The notes below the pieces were generated by a model. The model saw nothing but the letters and a program-made list of their open reading frames with translations. It was not told where the DNA came from and ran no database searches. Positions 36,745-49,892 of a stretch of 64,000 nucleotides of DNA are shown here, piece after piece. Position numbers and translations under genes: made by a program. The stretch spans positions 19,098,001 through 19,162,000 of the forward strand of contig CM119371.1 of assembly GCA_051294905.1 (NCBI GenBank). Reading direction: 5' to 3'. How positions within the stretch are numbered: the stretch's first letter is position 1; each line of letters begins with the position of its first letter. Source of the stretch: Botryllus schlosseri (taxonomy: Eukaryota).

Positions 36745-39079
36745 CTGGCAAAGAAATGGCCGGCATTAATATATATCAGGGCGGGAATGTGATTGTTATT
36801 TTTATTACACCTGGAAAAAGGTAAGGTACAAAGATGGATGACGGTAAGACGGTGCAAAATCCAGTATCTAACCCGGTGACATAAATTTGAGTCGACTGTT
36901 TGAGTCAGTATTGGGATAACTCGAGTCATGACCGAATTCGGCCACATTCTTGAATGACTAGACCAGGCGTGTCAAACATCCGGCCCGCCAGATGATTTCA
37001 TCCGGTCCGCGAAGCAATTTCGAGTAGATTTAAAATATGTGCACATTTCTAACAAACATCGAGATTTTTATTGAGAAATACTTCATTAAATAACCCCTAA
37101 GACAGCAAATGTCGAGTATGTTCATTGCGGTTTCTAGTCACCATTAGGAACAAGTCGCTGACATTGACATCCAATTACGAGAACGCAATAAATTTAGTTT
37201 TTACTAATTGATTTTATTTAATTGATTAAATTTAGAGTTTATTTTACAAATTGATCAAAATCGAGTTATTCAGAGAAGCAAAAACGCCAATGCGAAACCC
37301 TTATATGCAGGTTACATAGAGAAAATAATAGTTGTAAAGAAATACAAATTGAAATATCTGTGGTTGCATTTCTGCTTCACTTCTGATTCACCCGAATCAC
37401 GTAATAATAATATATAATAGTATAATGAAGCTAATTCCAAAGTTCGCGTTTACAGCTAAAACCGGTGTCTTCCGTTTCAACGCATACGCAGGGTCGACGT
37501 CATTATACGACTAAAATAAAGGCTTTATAGAGAATAGAGATATGCCAACTTATACTATCGTTAGAGCCACTGCTCTATCGGTTTATAACTGTATTTAGCC
37601 TTCCTATCATCGCATCATAGCCAAATTCATTGTTTGCGAATAAAGGTGTTGCTAGAATTATACCCCTATGATCCGTAATATAATGTAATATATTGTGTAG
37701 GTTAAGTATTCAAATGAAAAACAAGGACATTGATTTTGAGGTGAAATATTGGAGTTTGGCACATCTGGACTATACTCTACTCGAATCACCACCCTAGACT
37801 GACTTGATTTGAGTCACTGCTAGGGCCGGGCCCAATTGAGTACCCGGGTGACTCGATTCCGAGCACAAAGTTCGAGTCGAATTGATTATCCTAGTCAAAA
37901 CTTGACTTGAGTTAGTCGAGTCCATATATTTCATACTTTTTTGGTGTCGTTATGTGAGATATTAGACTAGGCCTACTCAAATCGACTAGAAGCCTGATAC
38001 TCGATTTAGAATCGAATGACTTAACCCCTTGATTTTGGCCAGTCCGAATTATGGCATATGATAACACCGATAGTAACTTCATGAATGTAATAGCAACCTG
38101 GCGTTCACGAGGTGAACGTAGTCAACCACACATGGTCCTAAATAATTTCGTATCTCTGGACCGTGACTATTTAGTGACCGTTGCAAGTGTGAATCGGTAC
38201 ATGACATCAGTGTTGTGCCATGAATATTCGAAAGTACCGAGAAAAAATTTCTAGATGACGAATCGACTCTTATACTGCGTTCCCATGCATGGCCGATTCC
38301 GATTCTCTCGTTTTCGTGCAACTCGGCCAACGACCGAGAGAAATTCTGCTGCACAGCACACCCACGTCAGGCGACTTGTCAGACATCGAGTGAATACTCC
38401 GGCTTGGCCATTAGGCTGTCCTGGCATGGTTTCTTCAATCAGCTGGTTGCAGTTTGCTAGTTACAACACACTTTTCGTATCGAATTTACCATGGTTGACA
38501 CTCATGGCTAGGGCGATTTTTTTGACATGTCAAAAAAAAGGTCAAAATTAGCTCAAAATTGTTGCGTTGTGTCAAAAAATGTCAAAATTGTTTACAAAGT
38601 CAACATTTTTTTGCAACCTGCATTTCGTTTATATCGTAGATTTCACACTGTTGGTAAACTTGTCATTTATTATTACGTCTGGGTGGTCAATGGTCATGGA
38701 AACACAGCCGACATGTACAATGCACGCGTCCTGGCCTTTCAGTCACCCATGTACCGTGCAAGGAAAGAAATAATAGAGGCAAGTGCGTGTGAATCTGTTA
38801 CTCACTATCATTATCTCACTACTCGATTCAGCCCTAGTCGGCAGAGATGAGCAATTGATAACGGATTCGTGACTTTCCTAAGTAAATAGAACTTTCCATA
38901 GCTTACAATTTTTATGCTAGTTAGAAGGAATGTTAGAATCAGCATAGGACCTTCACTCAGATTAAGATCTCAAATGCAGAAAAGGATTTGGGTTTGGCCA
39001 TCTCCGGTGGTCAGTAACAAAGGATATTGCCAGTCTGTAACCGACTCAAAGTCGAAAGCTGTCAGATGTGTCCACTTAC

Positions 39080-39245
39080 TTTTCTCAGGAAAATAGCGAA
39101 TCAATCGATTGCCAAAAACCAGCGATGGTTTTTGGATGACGCTACAGTCATGTTTCAGGTTGCTGTATTTTTTGCTCATGTCGACCTGAAGGAGGCTGCA
39201 CAGACGATCTTTCAGCTCAGACATCATTTGAGATGGAAACAGGAC
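39080..39245 (-). pseudogene. PKA-C-like relic, VRFPSHF exon (copy 2)
   Basis: tctttttcgcag|VLFPSQMMSELKDRLCSLLQVDMSKKYSNLKHDCSVIQ/NHRWFLAID*FAIFLRK|gtaagt; 166 nt with a +1 frameshift. Confidence 0.9.
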
Positions 39246-39952
39246 CTGCGAAAAAGAGAAGCCCATTTGTATCTGGATTTGAAGACAGAAAAGCTTTCTA
39301 CTCTAGTGCAGATTTTTCAATAAACCAAGTTCTTGCAGGTTTCTGACACGATTTGAAAATTCTCTGAGATTAAAGCTCATGATTGAAATTGAAGTACCTC
39401 CAAGAAGCTGATCGAACACAGGATTACTGACTAGAGCAGGGGTCGCCAACTCAAAATGGGTCGTGGGCCACTCTTCGAAATTCATATGGGCCGCGTGCCG
39501 CATGACTTTATTATCGATATAAAAATATCCAACGCAGTGTAACAACCACGTTTGATAACTCTATGTCAGTACAACGCCGTGCTCTCTTACATGGGCGACG
39601 GCATAGTTACCACAAATGAAATAATATTTCATTGAAGAAATACAAATACCACAAAAAATATCATGATCATCAATTTCATCGACTATGTTGAACTATGAGC
39701 TGCGCACGATACCTGACAACACTCTTCAGCAACTAAAACGGGGTTGGCTAACCTTTTCGATATTCACGGCCACAATTCGACTACTTACCTAGCCTACGGC
39801 CGCATTTCAGTGCGTAGTCGTAATGAAATAACTGGTGGCCGAATATCCACATTAAACTGTCCATGTCGATGAGCCGGTCAACCCCGGAGTAATCTATTTA
39901 CTGGTATCGGCTTACTATGCGCACCGAAATCGTGAGTAGTCATGTTGTGAAC

Positions 39953-40480
39953 TAGAGGTCGACCGATTATCGAGGTCGATATTTGGAATTTTCCCGATTA
40001 TCGATATCGGCCTATGACGGCCGATATTTTATGTAGCCTATAAAAAAATCAAAAATATTGGAAATTCAAGGCTCTGTGTTCTCAATCTCATGAAATCCAC
40101 GACGCAAAGGGCGACACGTGACAGATTTAGCCTTGCAGGACGAGTTTAACTGGGTCAGCATGCAGAGAAACCATGCTTCCTGCATTACGATCTACCTCTA
40201 CTGGACCGATCTGCACTCCTGTATCACGTTTAGCTTTTTGGGTTATCTCAAATTTCAATGAATGTGCACAATTAAGCAATTATTCTTTTTAATTTCTGTT
40301 TTCTCGTTTGTTGTTCAGCTTTCGGTGGCGTACAAGTGCGATCTTGCCTAATATATACGATAATATTTTTTAGCGAAATGGTTCTCTGATCCTTCCATAT
40401 TATTATGATATCGGTTATCGTCATTGTGAGTGTGTCGATAATCGGTATCGGCCTGCAAAATCAATATCGGTCGACCTCTA
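39953..40480. mobile_element. hAT-like MITE (atcggc repeats)
   Basis: TIRs tagaggtcgaccgat / atcggtcgacctcta; perfect TSD ttgtgaac. Confidence 0.88.
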
Positions 40481-40831
40481 TTGTGAACATGTTCGATTTG
40501 TACATTGTACACGTATGCTCTATGTGTTCGCGCGAAGCGCAAACATTTTTTCGTATCCATGATTGAATTTCGCCAATAATATTAGTATAGTTTCACACAT
40601 TATTATCAAATATTTGTGTTGGGAAGTTATTCATGCTGCTGTGCTGAATTATTATATAGGTAATAAGGTAGTAATAAGAAGAAAAAAATTTCATGATAAA
40701 TTCACATCTACTAGTTAGAACTAAGCCAAATCTGGTGTACAACGTTTTATTAGCCAACCTAACGGTTTTTATCGAATTGCTAGATTTTTTTTAAATAACC
40801 ATCATTTCGTCACATTTTATAAGACTATTAC

Positions 40832-40965
40832 TTGTGAATATCCTTGCTGGTCGGTGAGTAGATTTTCAGGCTTTAAATCTCAGCACTCAGCAGTTTATGT
40901 CCACAAAGTGCAGGTCCTCGAAGTCTGACATGATTGTAGTGGCGTTGGTCATCGAGTGACGCTCG
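40832..40965 (-). pseudogene. PKA-C-like relic, catalytic-loop exon (copy 2)
   Basis: ttcttatcacag|c-ERHSMTNATTIMSDFEDLHFVDINC*[7-nt dup]DLKPENLLTDQQGYSQ|gtaat. Confidence 0.9.
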
Positions 40966-41279
40966 CTGTGATAAGAAGCATAGTTATAAGCACCAAATCT
41001 CAGAGATATGCTTGGAACTTATGAGGTACCTAGGTTAGGGTCGGCCAACCCGTGGCCCGCGAGAAGGTCTGAATATCCCGCGAGGTAATTCTCGAAAATT
41101 GTTGTATTATAAAAAAAAATAACCTAGGTAATATATTTTGAACTTGCCTGGCTAACCGATAATTTGATTTGCCTGACCGCAAAATTTGGGATGCCGATGA
41201 CTTAAATATCAGTTCTGTCGCGTTGGCGTAGCCAGTCAGCCAGGCGCAGGGTAGGGGCCAGCCACATTTTCGTGAATCT

Positions 41280-42597
41280 TTGCATATGACCCTAAAGTAG
41301 AATATTTCGTGGCAGATTTATTTGACTAGAAATTTTACTTACAACTTCACATGATTCAATGTCACTCGATTTCTCGGTTTTTGCATTGGTACTAGGGTTG
41401 GGACTTCGGGATCGAATTTGAAATCCCGGGATCGGGATTTCCGGGATTTTCGCTTCTCAATCCCGGGATTTCCCGGGATTAGCAAAATAGTAAAATACGC
41501 ATAATGCAAGCTACATAAACAACATTTATTCCTTGTAATATTGATTCCCAACTGCGGCTCCAAGGTAGCCTTCTTGCGGCTCTGAGTGACCTCTAAATAT
41601 GCCACAAAATATAATGGACGACAGTTGTTGTTGTTTGTTTCTATATATAGTTATAGGCAATTTTTGTATATGAATGCTGAAATGAGGAATACTAGATATC
41701 TCTAGAGCCGTCCAAGGCCGCTTCTGAAAACAGAGAAACAGAATTCTCGCAGACTAACGTCAAACGCACGGAGGAATACCCGTCAGACAACGACATAATC
41801 TTGAGTTCTGCTGCTCGTAGACCTATCGTATTTTTGAAGAGTAAATTACGACACAATTTCACTAACAATAAAATAACGGCTCATAGTCAAGTATAAATTG
41901 CAATAAGTCCAATATTTTTCATAGAATAATCCTCCGCAAACTTGTGTATCAAGTGCTGGAATGTATGAAGAGGTATCACATAACAACAAAATAGTATGTT
42001 GAGTAATGATATGCATTTTCAATTTATTTCAATGTATAGCACTTGCCTATCTGCGTCTACCAATGCTAGAATAACAGATATACAATCTGTAGAAGTCTAT
42101 GTGCAATTGTGCATGTAAATACTTTTGAGTTTGCTAGATGGTGAGATTTAGAGGTAGGTTTTCAGATACCTTTAGAATCAGTATATAGTCTAATCGGGTG
42201 TTTTAATGAGGCTCCCTGCGTATACTATGAAGTTTGAAATGCGGCTCCGACATTCAAATTGGTTAGGAACCACTAATAAAGAGTATCATCGCTTAGACGG
42301 TTTCGTAATTTGTTGGCGAAATATCCTTAAAATATGGGCGGGGGCGCCAGACATAGGCCATTTTCGAAAAGGGGCGCTGTAGGGACGTAAGGTTAAAAAA
42401 CAATATTTTAGACAACTTGTCTAGTTTTTGACACTGCTTTATTACCACAAAATGACGCATGACGTTAGTAAGCCCTGGTAGATGCTGTTCACAAATCCCG
42501 GGATTTCATTGGGGCTAATCCTGGGATCGGGATTGCTTCAAATCCCGGGATCCCGGGATCGGGATTTCCCGGGGTCCCAACGCTAATTGGTACCCTC
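41280..42597 (-). pseudogene. PKA-C-like relic, alphaC exon (copy 2), interrupted by a MITE
   Basis: Acceptor tttagttcacag at 42598-42599; after removing 41393-42585 reads EIE/TLN..IF*S/INLP. Confidence 0.55.
41393..42585. mobile_element. hAT-like element with atcccgggat subterminal repeats
   Basis: tagggttgggac ... gtcccaacgcta; perfect TSD attggtac. Confidence 0.88.
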
Positions 42598-42701
42598 CTG
42601 TGAACTAAATATATATGCCATATTCACAGAATTGAGTTTAACTATATTCACAATTATGAGAGAACGTGTCGTCCAACATGCGACTTAGTGTCTGCACTCA
42701 C

Positions 42702-42802
42702 GGAAGGATTGTCCATGCTGAAATCTTGGCACAAAATGATAGACACCTATCTTGTAATGATATGTCCAAGCAGCGAATAATCCTGTCCCTTCCAAATGCA
42801 CC
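42702..42802 (-). pseudogene. Possible PKA-C-like glycine-loop exon remnant
   Basis: GAFGRDRIIR...FCAKI then donor |gtgagt, about 100 nt upstream of the next kinase-like acceptor. Confidence 0.4.
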
Positions 42803-43794
42803 CAGCGGCATACAGAGGCGACCCGCAATATGCGCAATGTTATTTACCGAATTTACTAATTAACTTTATATATGTTTAGCGCTTCTCGCGGCTAGGATAT
42901 GAATGAACACATAGTTTTAATGATATAATTAAGATCGTAATAAGGAAAGTCTTGTTTTCACCATTACCTAATCCGATTTTCTCTTATTGGACAACTAAAA
43001 AAGGTCATCAACATTCAAGTGACCCACGCAATGGTTCGTAAATATCATGTGGCCCGTCGACCAAAAATCTTGGCCAGCCCTGCCTTAGGCGCTATGTAGT
43101 TTATTGCAGCAAACAATACGCTCATATTGTTAAATTTATTCCACTGGAAGCTTTTCGACTGGCCAATATTACTGCAATATTGAAGTCCTGCACTTCTAAA
43201 AGCCTATGTAGTTTAGCTTGCCATAATTATTTCGACACAATGGAAAACTATGTATCAGGATCTGTCACTGGTAACATGACACTTAGGAAATATTGATATT
43301 TACCAGAATACAAATCCTAATCCTCACGCCGTTTACCATACCTGAATTTGATGAATTGACGTCATCGTCATAGATTTTCATAGTCTGACGTTTCCCTATT
43401 ATTAGGCTACACTAAAAAAGAGGGGTAGAGGTCAAATCAGTCTTCTTAGTGATTTCATACCTTGCTTTGATCTTGACAACAACAATCACTGCCGTTTGTT
43501 ATGTATTTTGGTTGGATGAAAATAAAAACTCTTTTCTCTCTCTCTCTCGAACGAATATATTCAGCAACCATATTCTTGATAACTACATGACAATTTCACC
43601 AAAAGAGAATTATACTGTTATGTGTAACAGTCTCCGCTATGTTTTGCTGTGAAGCCGGTGACCGCATTCAGTACTACAGAAAATTCATTTATAGAACCTG
43701 CTAACGTTGTCACAATAAACCTCATAAGCATCGCATAGATTTGAAGTGATGACGTAGGATCATGATCAGTTAAGATGGGTCAAAAGTTGAGTCT

Positions 43795-44255
43795 TGGGAT
43801 TTTGATGGTTGTAGCCGAATTGCTTTTGTCATCGTCATCAATATTAGATCCCATCACACAAGAAGTGGATCTCACGTAGTTCAAGATAGTGTAAGTAGCC
43901 TACACATAACACTAACCACAACTGCAATGAAAAAAGACAAAAACATTCACATTCAGAGACAAGTGTTCGAAAAAAAAATCAGAGCTAAACATAGGAAACA
44001 CAAAAATCACCTCTCCAAACCAATCGTGGGGATTTTGATGGTTGTAGCCGAATTGCTTTTGTCATCGTCATCAATATTAAAATTCTATCACACAAGAAGT
44101 GGATCTCACGTAGTTCAAGATAGTGTAAGTACACATAACACTAACCACAACTGCAATGGAAAAAGACAAAAACATTCACATTCAGAGACAAGTGTTCGAA
44201 AAACAAATCAGACCTAAACATAGGAAACACAAAGATCACCTCTCCAGACCAAACG
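43795..44255 (+). repeat. About 230-bp near-identical tandem duplication in ZF 3' flank
   Basis: gggattttgatggttgtagccgaattg...aaatcacctctcca occurs twice; single diverged copy at ~49250-49465. Confidence 0.85.
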
Positions 44256-44460
44256 TGGAAAAACACCTCATTAGAAAGCCCCCCTCTTCTGTGTTAGTCC
44301 TTATGGTAAATTGGGATTTTAACATCTTCATGTTAGGGTGGTAACCTGGCCATTGAAGTCATTTAGGACAAGGCCCGCAGCTATAACTCTATCCAGTGGC
44401 ATGCATATCCATATGATTCTTGAGATCAATCATTCATGTAAATTATTCACCCAAAGAATC

Positions 44461-45720
44461 TCACTTACGATTTCCTACACTAATATGATTATCAAGATGT
44501 CTTCTCAAACTCGATTTTGAAGTTAATTCTTTTCCACAAACATCACATTTATGATTCTTGACACCAGAATGGAACTCTAGGTGCTTATTTAGTTGACCTT
44601 TTTGCGCAAATTTTTTTCCACATACATCACATTTATGGATTTTGATGCCAGCATGCATGGTCATGTGTGTCTTGAAGCTACTCTTTCTCACTTCTTTCCC
44701 ACATACATCACATTTGTGATTTTTGATACTAGCATGAATAGCATGATGCTGAACCAAGCTTGATTTCCAAGTAAATCCTTTACCACAGACTTCACACGTA
44801 TGGCATTTAACACCTGCATGCACAGTCATGTGTAACTTTAGGCCATGCTTTCGCAAGAATTCTTTCCCACAAAAATCACAGTTATGGCTTTTGACACCAG
44901 CATGCATGATCATGTGTTTCAGCATGTACCTTTTCAGGAATTCTTTCCCACAAATATCACATTTTTGATTTTTGATACCAGCATGCATGGCCATGTGTCC
45001 CTTAAGACCATCATTCCGCGCAAATTTTTTGCCACAAACATGACATTTATGATTCTTGACACCAGAATGGAGATCCATGTGCCTCTTTAGGCTACTTTCC
45101 TGAGTAAATATTTTTCCACATACACCACATTTATGGTCTTTGATACCAGCATGCATTTTGAGATGCAATTCTAGGGCACGTTTGAAAGTAAATCCTTTTC
45201 CACAAACATCACATCTATGGCTCTTGACACCCGTATGCATAGCCATGTGCGATCTGGGAACTTCTTTCAGCGCGAATACTTTTCCACAAACAACACATTC
45301 ATGGCTGTTGATACCAGCATGAATAGCCATGTGCTTCGTCAGGGCTCCCTTCCTCACATATTCCTTTCCACAAACCTCACATGGATGGCTTTTTAAATCG
45401 GCATGAATAACCATGTGTGCGTTGAGTTCACTATTTCGCTTGAATACTTTCCCACAAACCTCACATTCGATGCTTATGAAATCAGCATGTATAACCTTGC
45501 GTTGCTTGAGGTCACTCTTCAGTGGAAATGTTTTCCCACAAACGTCACATTTGTGATTCTTCACATCATCATGAATATCCATGTGAGGCTCCAGGTTACT
45601 GTTGCGACTAAACTCTCTCCCACAAACACAACAGCTGTGATGTGTGATACCGTTATGCATTGCCATGTTTGTGCTGTTTACGAGTTTTTTGATGAATAGC
45701 CTAATAATAGTCGAAGTCAT
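44461..45720 (-). CDS. Poly-C2H2 zinc-finger protein, subtype B, 14 fingers (one lacks a His)
   Basis: Open 419-aa ORF; upstream acceptor AG seen in paralogues is mutated here. Confidence 0.8.
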   Translation of the reverse strand: MTSTIIRLFIKKLVNSTNMAMHNGITHHSCCVCGREFSRNSNLEPHMDIHDDVKNHKCDVCGKTFPLKSDLKQRKVIHADFISIECEVCGKVFKRNSELNAHMVIHADLKSHPCEVCGKEYVRKGALTKHMAIHAGINSHECVVCGKVFALKEVPRSHMAMHTGVKSHRCDVCGKGFTFKRALELHLKMHAGIKDHKCGVCGKIFTQESSLKRHMDLHSGVKNHKCHVCGKKFARNDGLKGHMAMHAGIKNQKCDICGKEFLKRYMLKHMIMHAGVKSHNCDFCGKEFLRKHGLKLHMTVHAGVKCHTCEVCGKGFTWKSSLVQHHAIHASIKNHKCDVCGKEVRKSSFKTHMTMHAGIKIHKCDVCGKKFAQKGQLNKHLEFHSGVKNHKCDVCGKELTSKSSLRRHLDNHISVGNRK

Positions 45721-46766
45721 GAAAAATAGATTAAAAAAGCACGATTATATTGTAGCCCGATATTTCAACAGAAAAAATTACATAGATTGCACAGAAAACA
45801 TTGTGCTATGACTTGAATGAGCACATTAGTATTATTAGCTATTGTTACTGACAAACGAATGATGGCACCCAACATCTTCAACTCAGTTTCATATACGTTT
45901 CACATATTAGTCGTAAGTATATCTGTGAGGTGATCAAGCTAGTGTTAAGTCACGGTTATTCATACAAATTTCTTATTTGTGATGCTTTATAGATGTTGGC
46001 TTCAGGTGCACTTTGCGAGGTTTTACAAAAAATGTTGCATTTAGTATTGACCACCATGAATAGGCATGGAACTTGAGATAGTACTAAAAACACTATCCAA
46101 GTTCTGTAGTCATTAATTAAATGACCCGAAAGAAGAAGACATGAGAAATCATTACCGAGCTGTCATCATTTCAAAAGATACTTCACATGGATTTGTGTAT
46201 AGAAAATTGCTATGTCTACCCTACATAAAATTGGCAACATAATACACATAAATTGATTACCGAACTATAAAAGAGAATACAACAAATCTTTCATATTATG
46301 AGCATATGATAATGAAAGGAACGAAGAGATCCATGAACATGAATGGACTAAAATCAATACACCCGGGGTCCGGATATGTACTTGAGATGTGCTGAATATA
46401 TCTCAAGTCAGATTGTATGTCATATTGCATCACTGAGAACGCATAAAATCAAACTTCATAATTTCATATTACAAAATGATGTAGAGATTGCTCTAGTAGT
46501 CATTGATGACGCTTTAGTTGAAGCAATATTCCAAATTTCCACTTTTTACAAGAGAACGATTTGCATGACATGCATCAATTACTTGACCCAGAACACATGG
46601 CTACTAAACCCACTCAACTATACATAATGATATGACACCATTAACTCCAGGATACACTCGCAATGTTGCTCAGTTAGTCCATTTCTGCAGATTTGGTAGA
46701 GTGAAAAGGGAGCTGACATGCGAAAAAGATGCTATCACAGAAATGATCCTCAAAGTCAGTTGCTAG

Positions 46767-48055
46767 CAGAGGTGGTCAGTAACGAAGTACTTCTACTTTT
46801 TCGAAGTACTCGAGTAGATTTCCTCTACTTCTGGTACTTACTCAAGTAGATATGATTTTCTCTACTTCTACTTCTACTTCGTAATATTTTGTGATCTACT
46901 TACTTACTTTTCGCTATTTTCAGTTTGTCAAGTAGAAGTAGTTTAGTCCCCCAATACGAAAGATAGCCTGAGGAATTTTTGGGCTGTTTTCACGGAGTAC
47001 CAACATTTAATATTCATAAAAGTCAAGTAAAGACCAGAAATTTTGTTGCGCTGCGCGCACAGTAGCTTTGGAGACACAACTATGTTTTCACGAAAGTATC
47101 AGTGAATATAATTTAGGTACCGGATTGCTTGGTTCCGCTCACACCGCATTGTCGCCCATATCAAATATTTCATCACAGTAAACATGGCCCACTATAACGT
47201 TTGAAACTACCGTTTCGCAATCTAGCAATTATACCTATCATTTCGTAATCTGACAGCACATAATGACGTGTCCTGCTATTCTGGAAAATCCGTTTTTTTT
47301 AATGTTACGCCTGTTTTAGCAGATCACCTTTAAAGCTTTATGAACAAAAGACATGAAATATATTTTCCGCTTTTTAGAAGTGGTATTTGTATTTGACTTT
47401 TGATTCCGAGTATGATACTTTGCGCTCTAATTACTATCAGTTCTTTTTTCTGCAGAACATACATGTTGAAGCATTACAACAAATGTAATGCCTCTATTTT
47501 CCGAAAATAAAGCTACACTAAATATAACTTTTCAGTTCCACAATATTTGTTATCAACATATCAACGTATAATCGTGCAAAGTGTTGAAACCGTATCCGAT
47601 ACAACTTCTCCATATTGCTCTTCGCCTAAACTCGGGGCCTTAGATTATGCAGTAGGGCGTCATGCCCCCAGATTCCCTAAAACAGGGTATTCTAGTAATC
47701 AATGGGTTAGTAGCGCATTTTCATATCAATAATATTACTTGCATCCCATGATGCGAAAGAATGCTTATTCTGTCGAAAATTGATTCCTTCTGGGATACAT
47801 CAATACGAATCAAACCCTTTGCACCTTCCGCATAGCTCAATTTGCAGCTTTTGACAGTTTATGCGAGGGAATTAGGACTGTTTTCAAAACTACTTACTTA
47901 CTTGAGTAGATTTAAAGTCAGTCAATTCTATTTCTACTTCAAGTAGTTTCAGGTGGCTTCTGGAAGAAGTACTTCTACTCGTACTTGAGTAGATTTTTTC
48001 CTCGCTACTTCTACTTCTACTTGAGTAGCTTTCTTGACTATTTTGACCACCTCTG
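46767..48055. mobile_element. hAT-like element with (ctactt)n subterminal repeats
   Basis: TIRs cagaggtggtca / tgaccacctctg; perfect TSD gttgctag. Confidence 0.88.
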
Positions 48056-49892
48056 GTTGCTAGTGCCCGTCAGCGATAGAGAATTTTCAAATTTCTCAAT
48101 CCGCCCAGCTATGGCTAGCAATTTGAAATTCTGAGTGGGAATAATCCGCCCGGTAAGTGGGGTTGATTTTAAAACAAAAATCAACTTAAAACAAACATGT
48201 TTAAAACAAGGCCATTGTTTAAAACATGTTTTTCCTTGGTTTTTATGCCATGACGTCACGAATATTCAACGTGACGTCATAGTGGATTGATACTCACAAT
48301 TAAAAATATTGAGTAAATATACCTCCTTTGCCAAATTATATGTACTATTGCTGTTGAACCGACTATTTTGAGGGTTCCAACCATGCCATATCGATATACC
48401 TGGGCTATATCGGGTGGTAATTGTACGTAGGCTCATACAGCATGATTTTTGAAAAGTATTAACACAATTTTGGCATAATTTTACAATTAGAAAAAAAGAT
48501 TCAAAAAGCCTCTGTTTCAAACACCGTTTGTTTTAAATGCAACCCTACTGGTAAGTAACAATATTTTTGACCAAATTCATTATTACCTTTGCGAAATTTT
48601 AGCGCTTCTCACAGCTAGGACAAGAATGCACACCGAGTTTTCATTACAGAATTGTTATCGATTTTGATGCATAGTAAGTCTTGTTTTCACCGTTACCTAA
48701 TCTGGTACGCCCCTATCGGACGACTAAAAAAGGGCACGGTTAGTAAATATCATTGGCCCTCTGACCGAAAAGGTTTACCACCCCTGAAATAGGTCCATGC
48801 CAGAAGTAGTTTTCACAATGGAAAACAAAATATCCGGATCTGTCACTGCCAACATGACACAACAGAAATATTGAAATTGACTGTAATATAAATCCTAATC
48901 CTCACGCCGCAAAAAATTACTGTACCTAAATTTCATGAATTGAAGGAATTTTCAGATCTTGCAGGTCTGACGTTTCCCCATTATAAGGGCAACACTAAAG
49001 AAAATGGGGTAAAGTTCAAACCATTTTCTTGATAACCACATGATAATTTCATCAAAACAATATTATGCAGTGATGCGTTACAGCATCCACTATTTGTCAG
49101 ACTGTAAAGCTGGTAACCACATTCGCTCTATGACAGGAAATTCATTATTGGATCTGCCAACATTCACAATGAGCCTCATAACCATCGCTTAGAACCGAAG
49201 TGATGACATATGATCATCATTAGCCAAGATGAGATAAAAGTTGTGTCGTCTTGGGATTTTGACGCTTGTGGCCGTGTTATTTTCGTCGTCGTCACCGTCA
49301 CCATTATTAGATCTCATCAAACAAGAATTGAATCCCATGTATTTCAAGATTGTGTAAGTACACAAAACCCTAACCACAACTGCAAGTGAAAAAATACAGA
49401 AACATTCACATTACAGAGACAAGTGTTTGAAATATGAATCAGAGCTAAACATGGAAAACACAAACAAACACCATTCAATCAAATGTGCAAAAATGGGTCA
49501 TTTTCAGAACTTTGTCGATGTAACTGGTTGGACATAGCAACCGTGGACTGGTTAGCAAGCTTCTCTCTACAGTGTTAGGCCTCGCGGTAAATTGCGAATA
49601 AAAAATCTCCATTTTAGGGTAGCGGTGAAATAGGAGGCGGGCAACACACAGGATTTTGAGCAGCTCGCTGACAGTTTCCGGCACGCAGCTCTGGACTAAA
49701 TATATTTGCAAGCAAGTAATTTAGACTATGAGCAAAACAAGATAAAGTGGCATTCCAATAATGACTAATGTTCACTTGCAATCTTCAATAAAGGTTTATA
49801 CGTCCGACATGACCACATATTTTTTTGCTTCAATAGTGATTGAAGTAGGCCTACATTACGTCAAGTCATTGACTTCTGCTTTTGGTCTGTAT

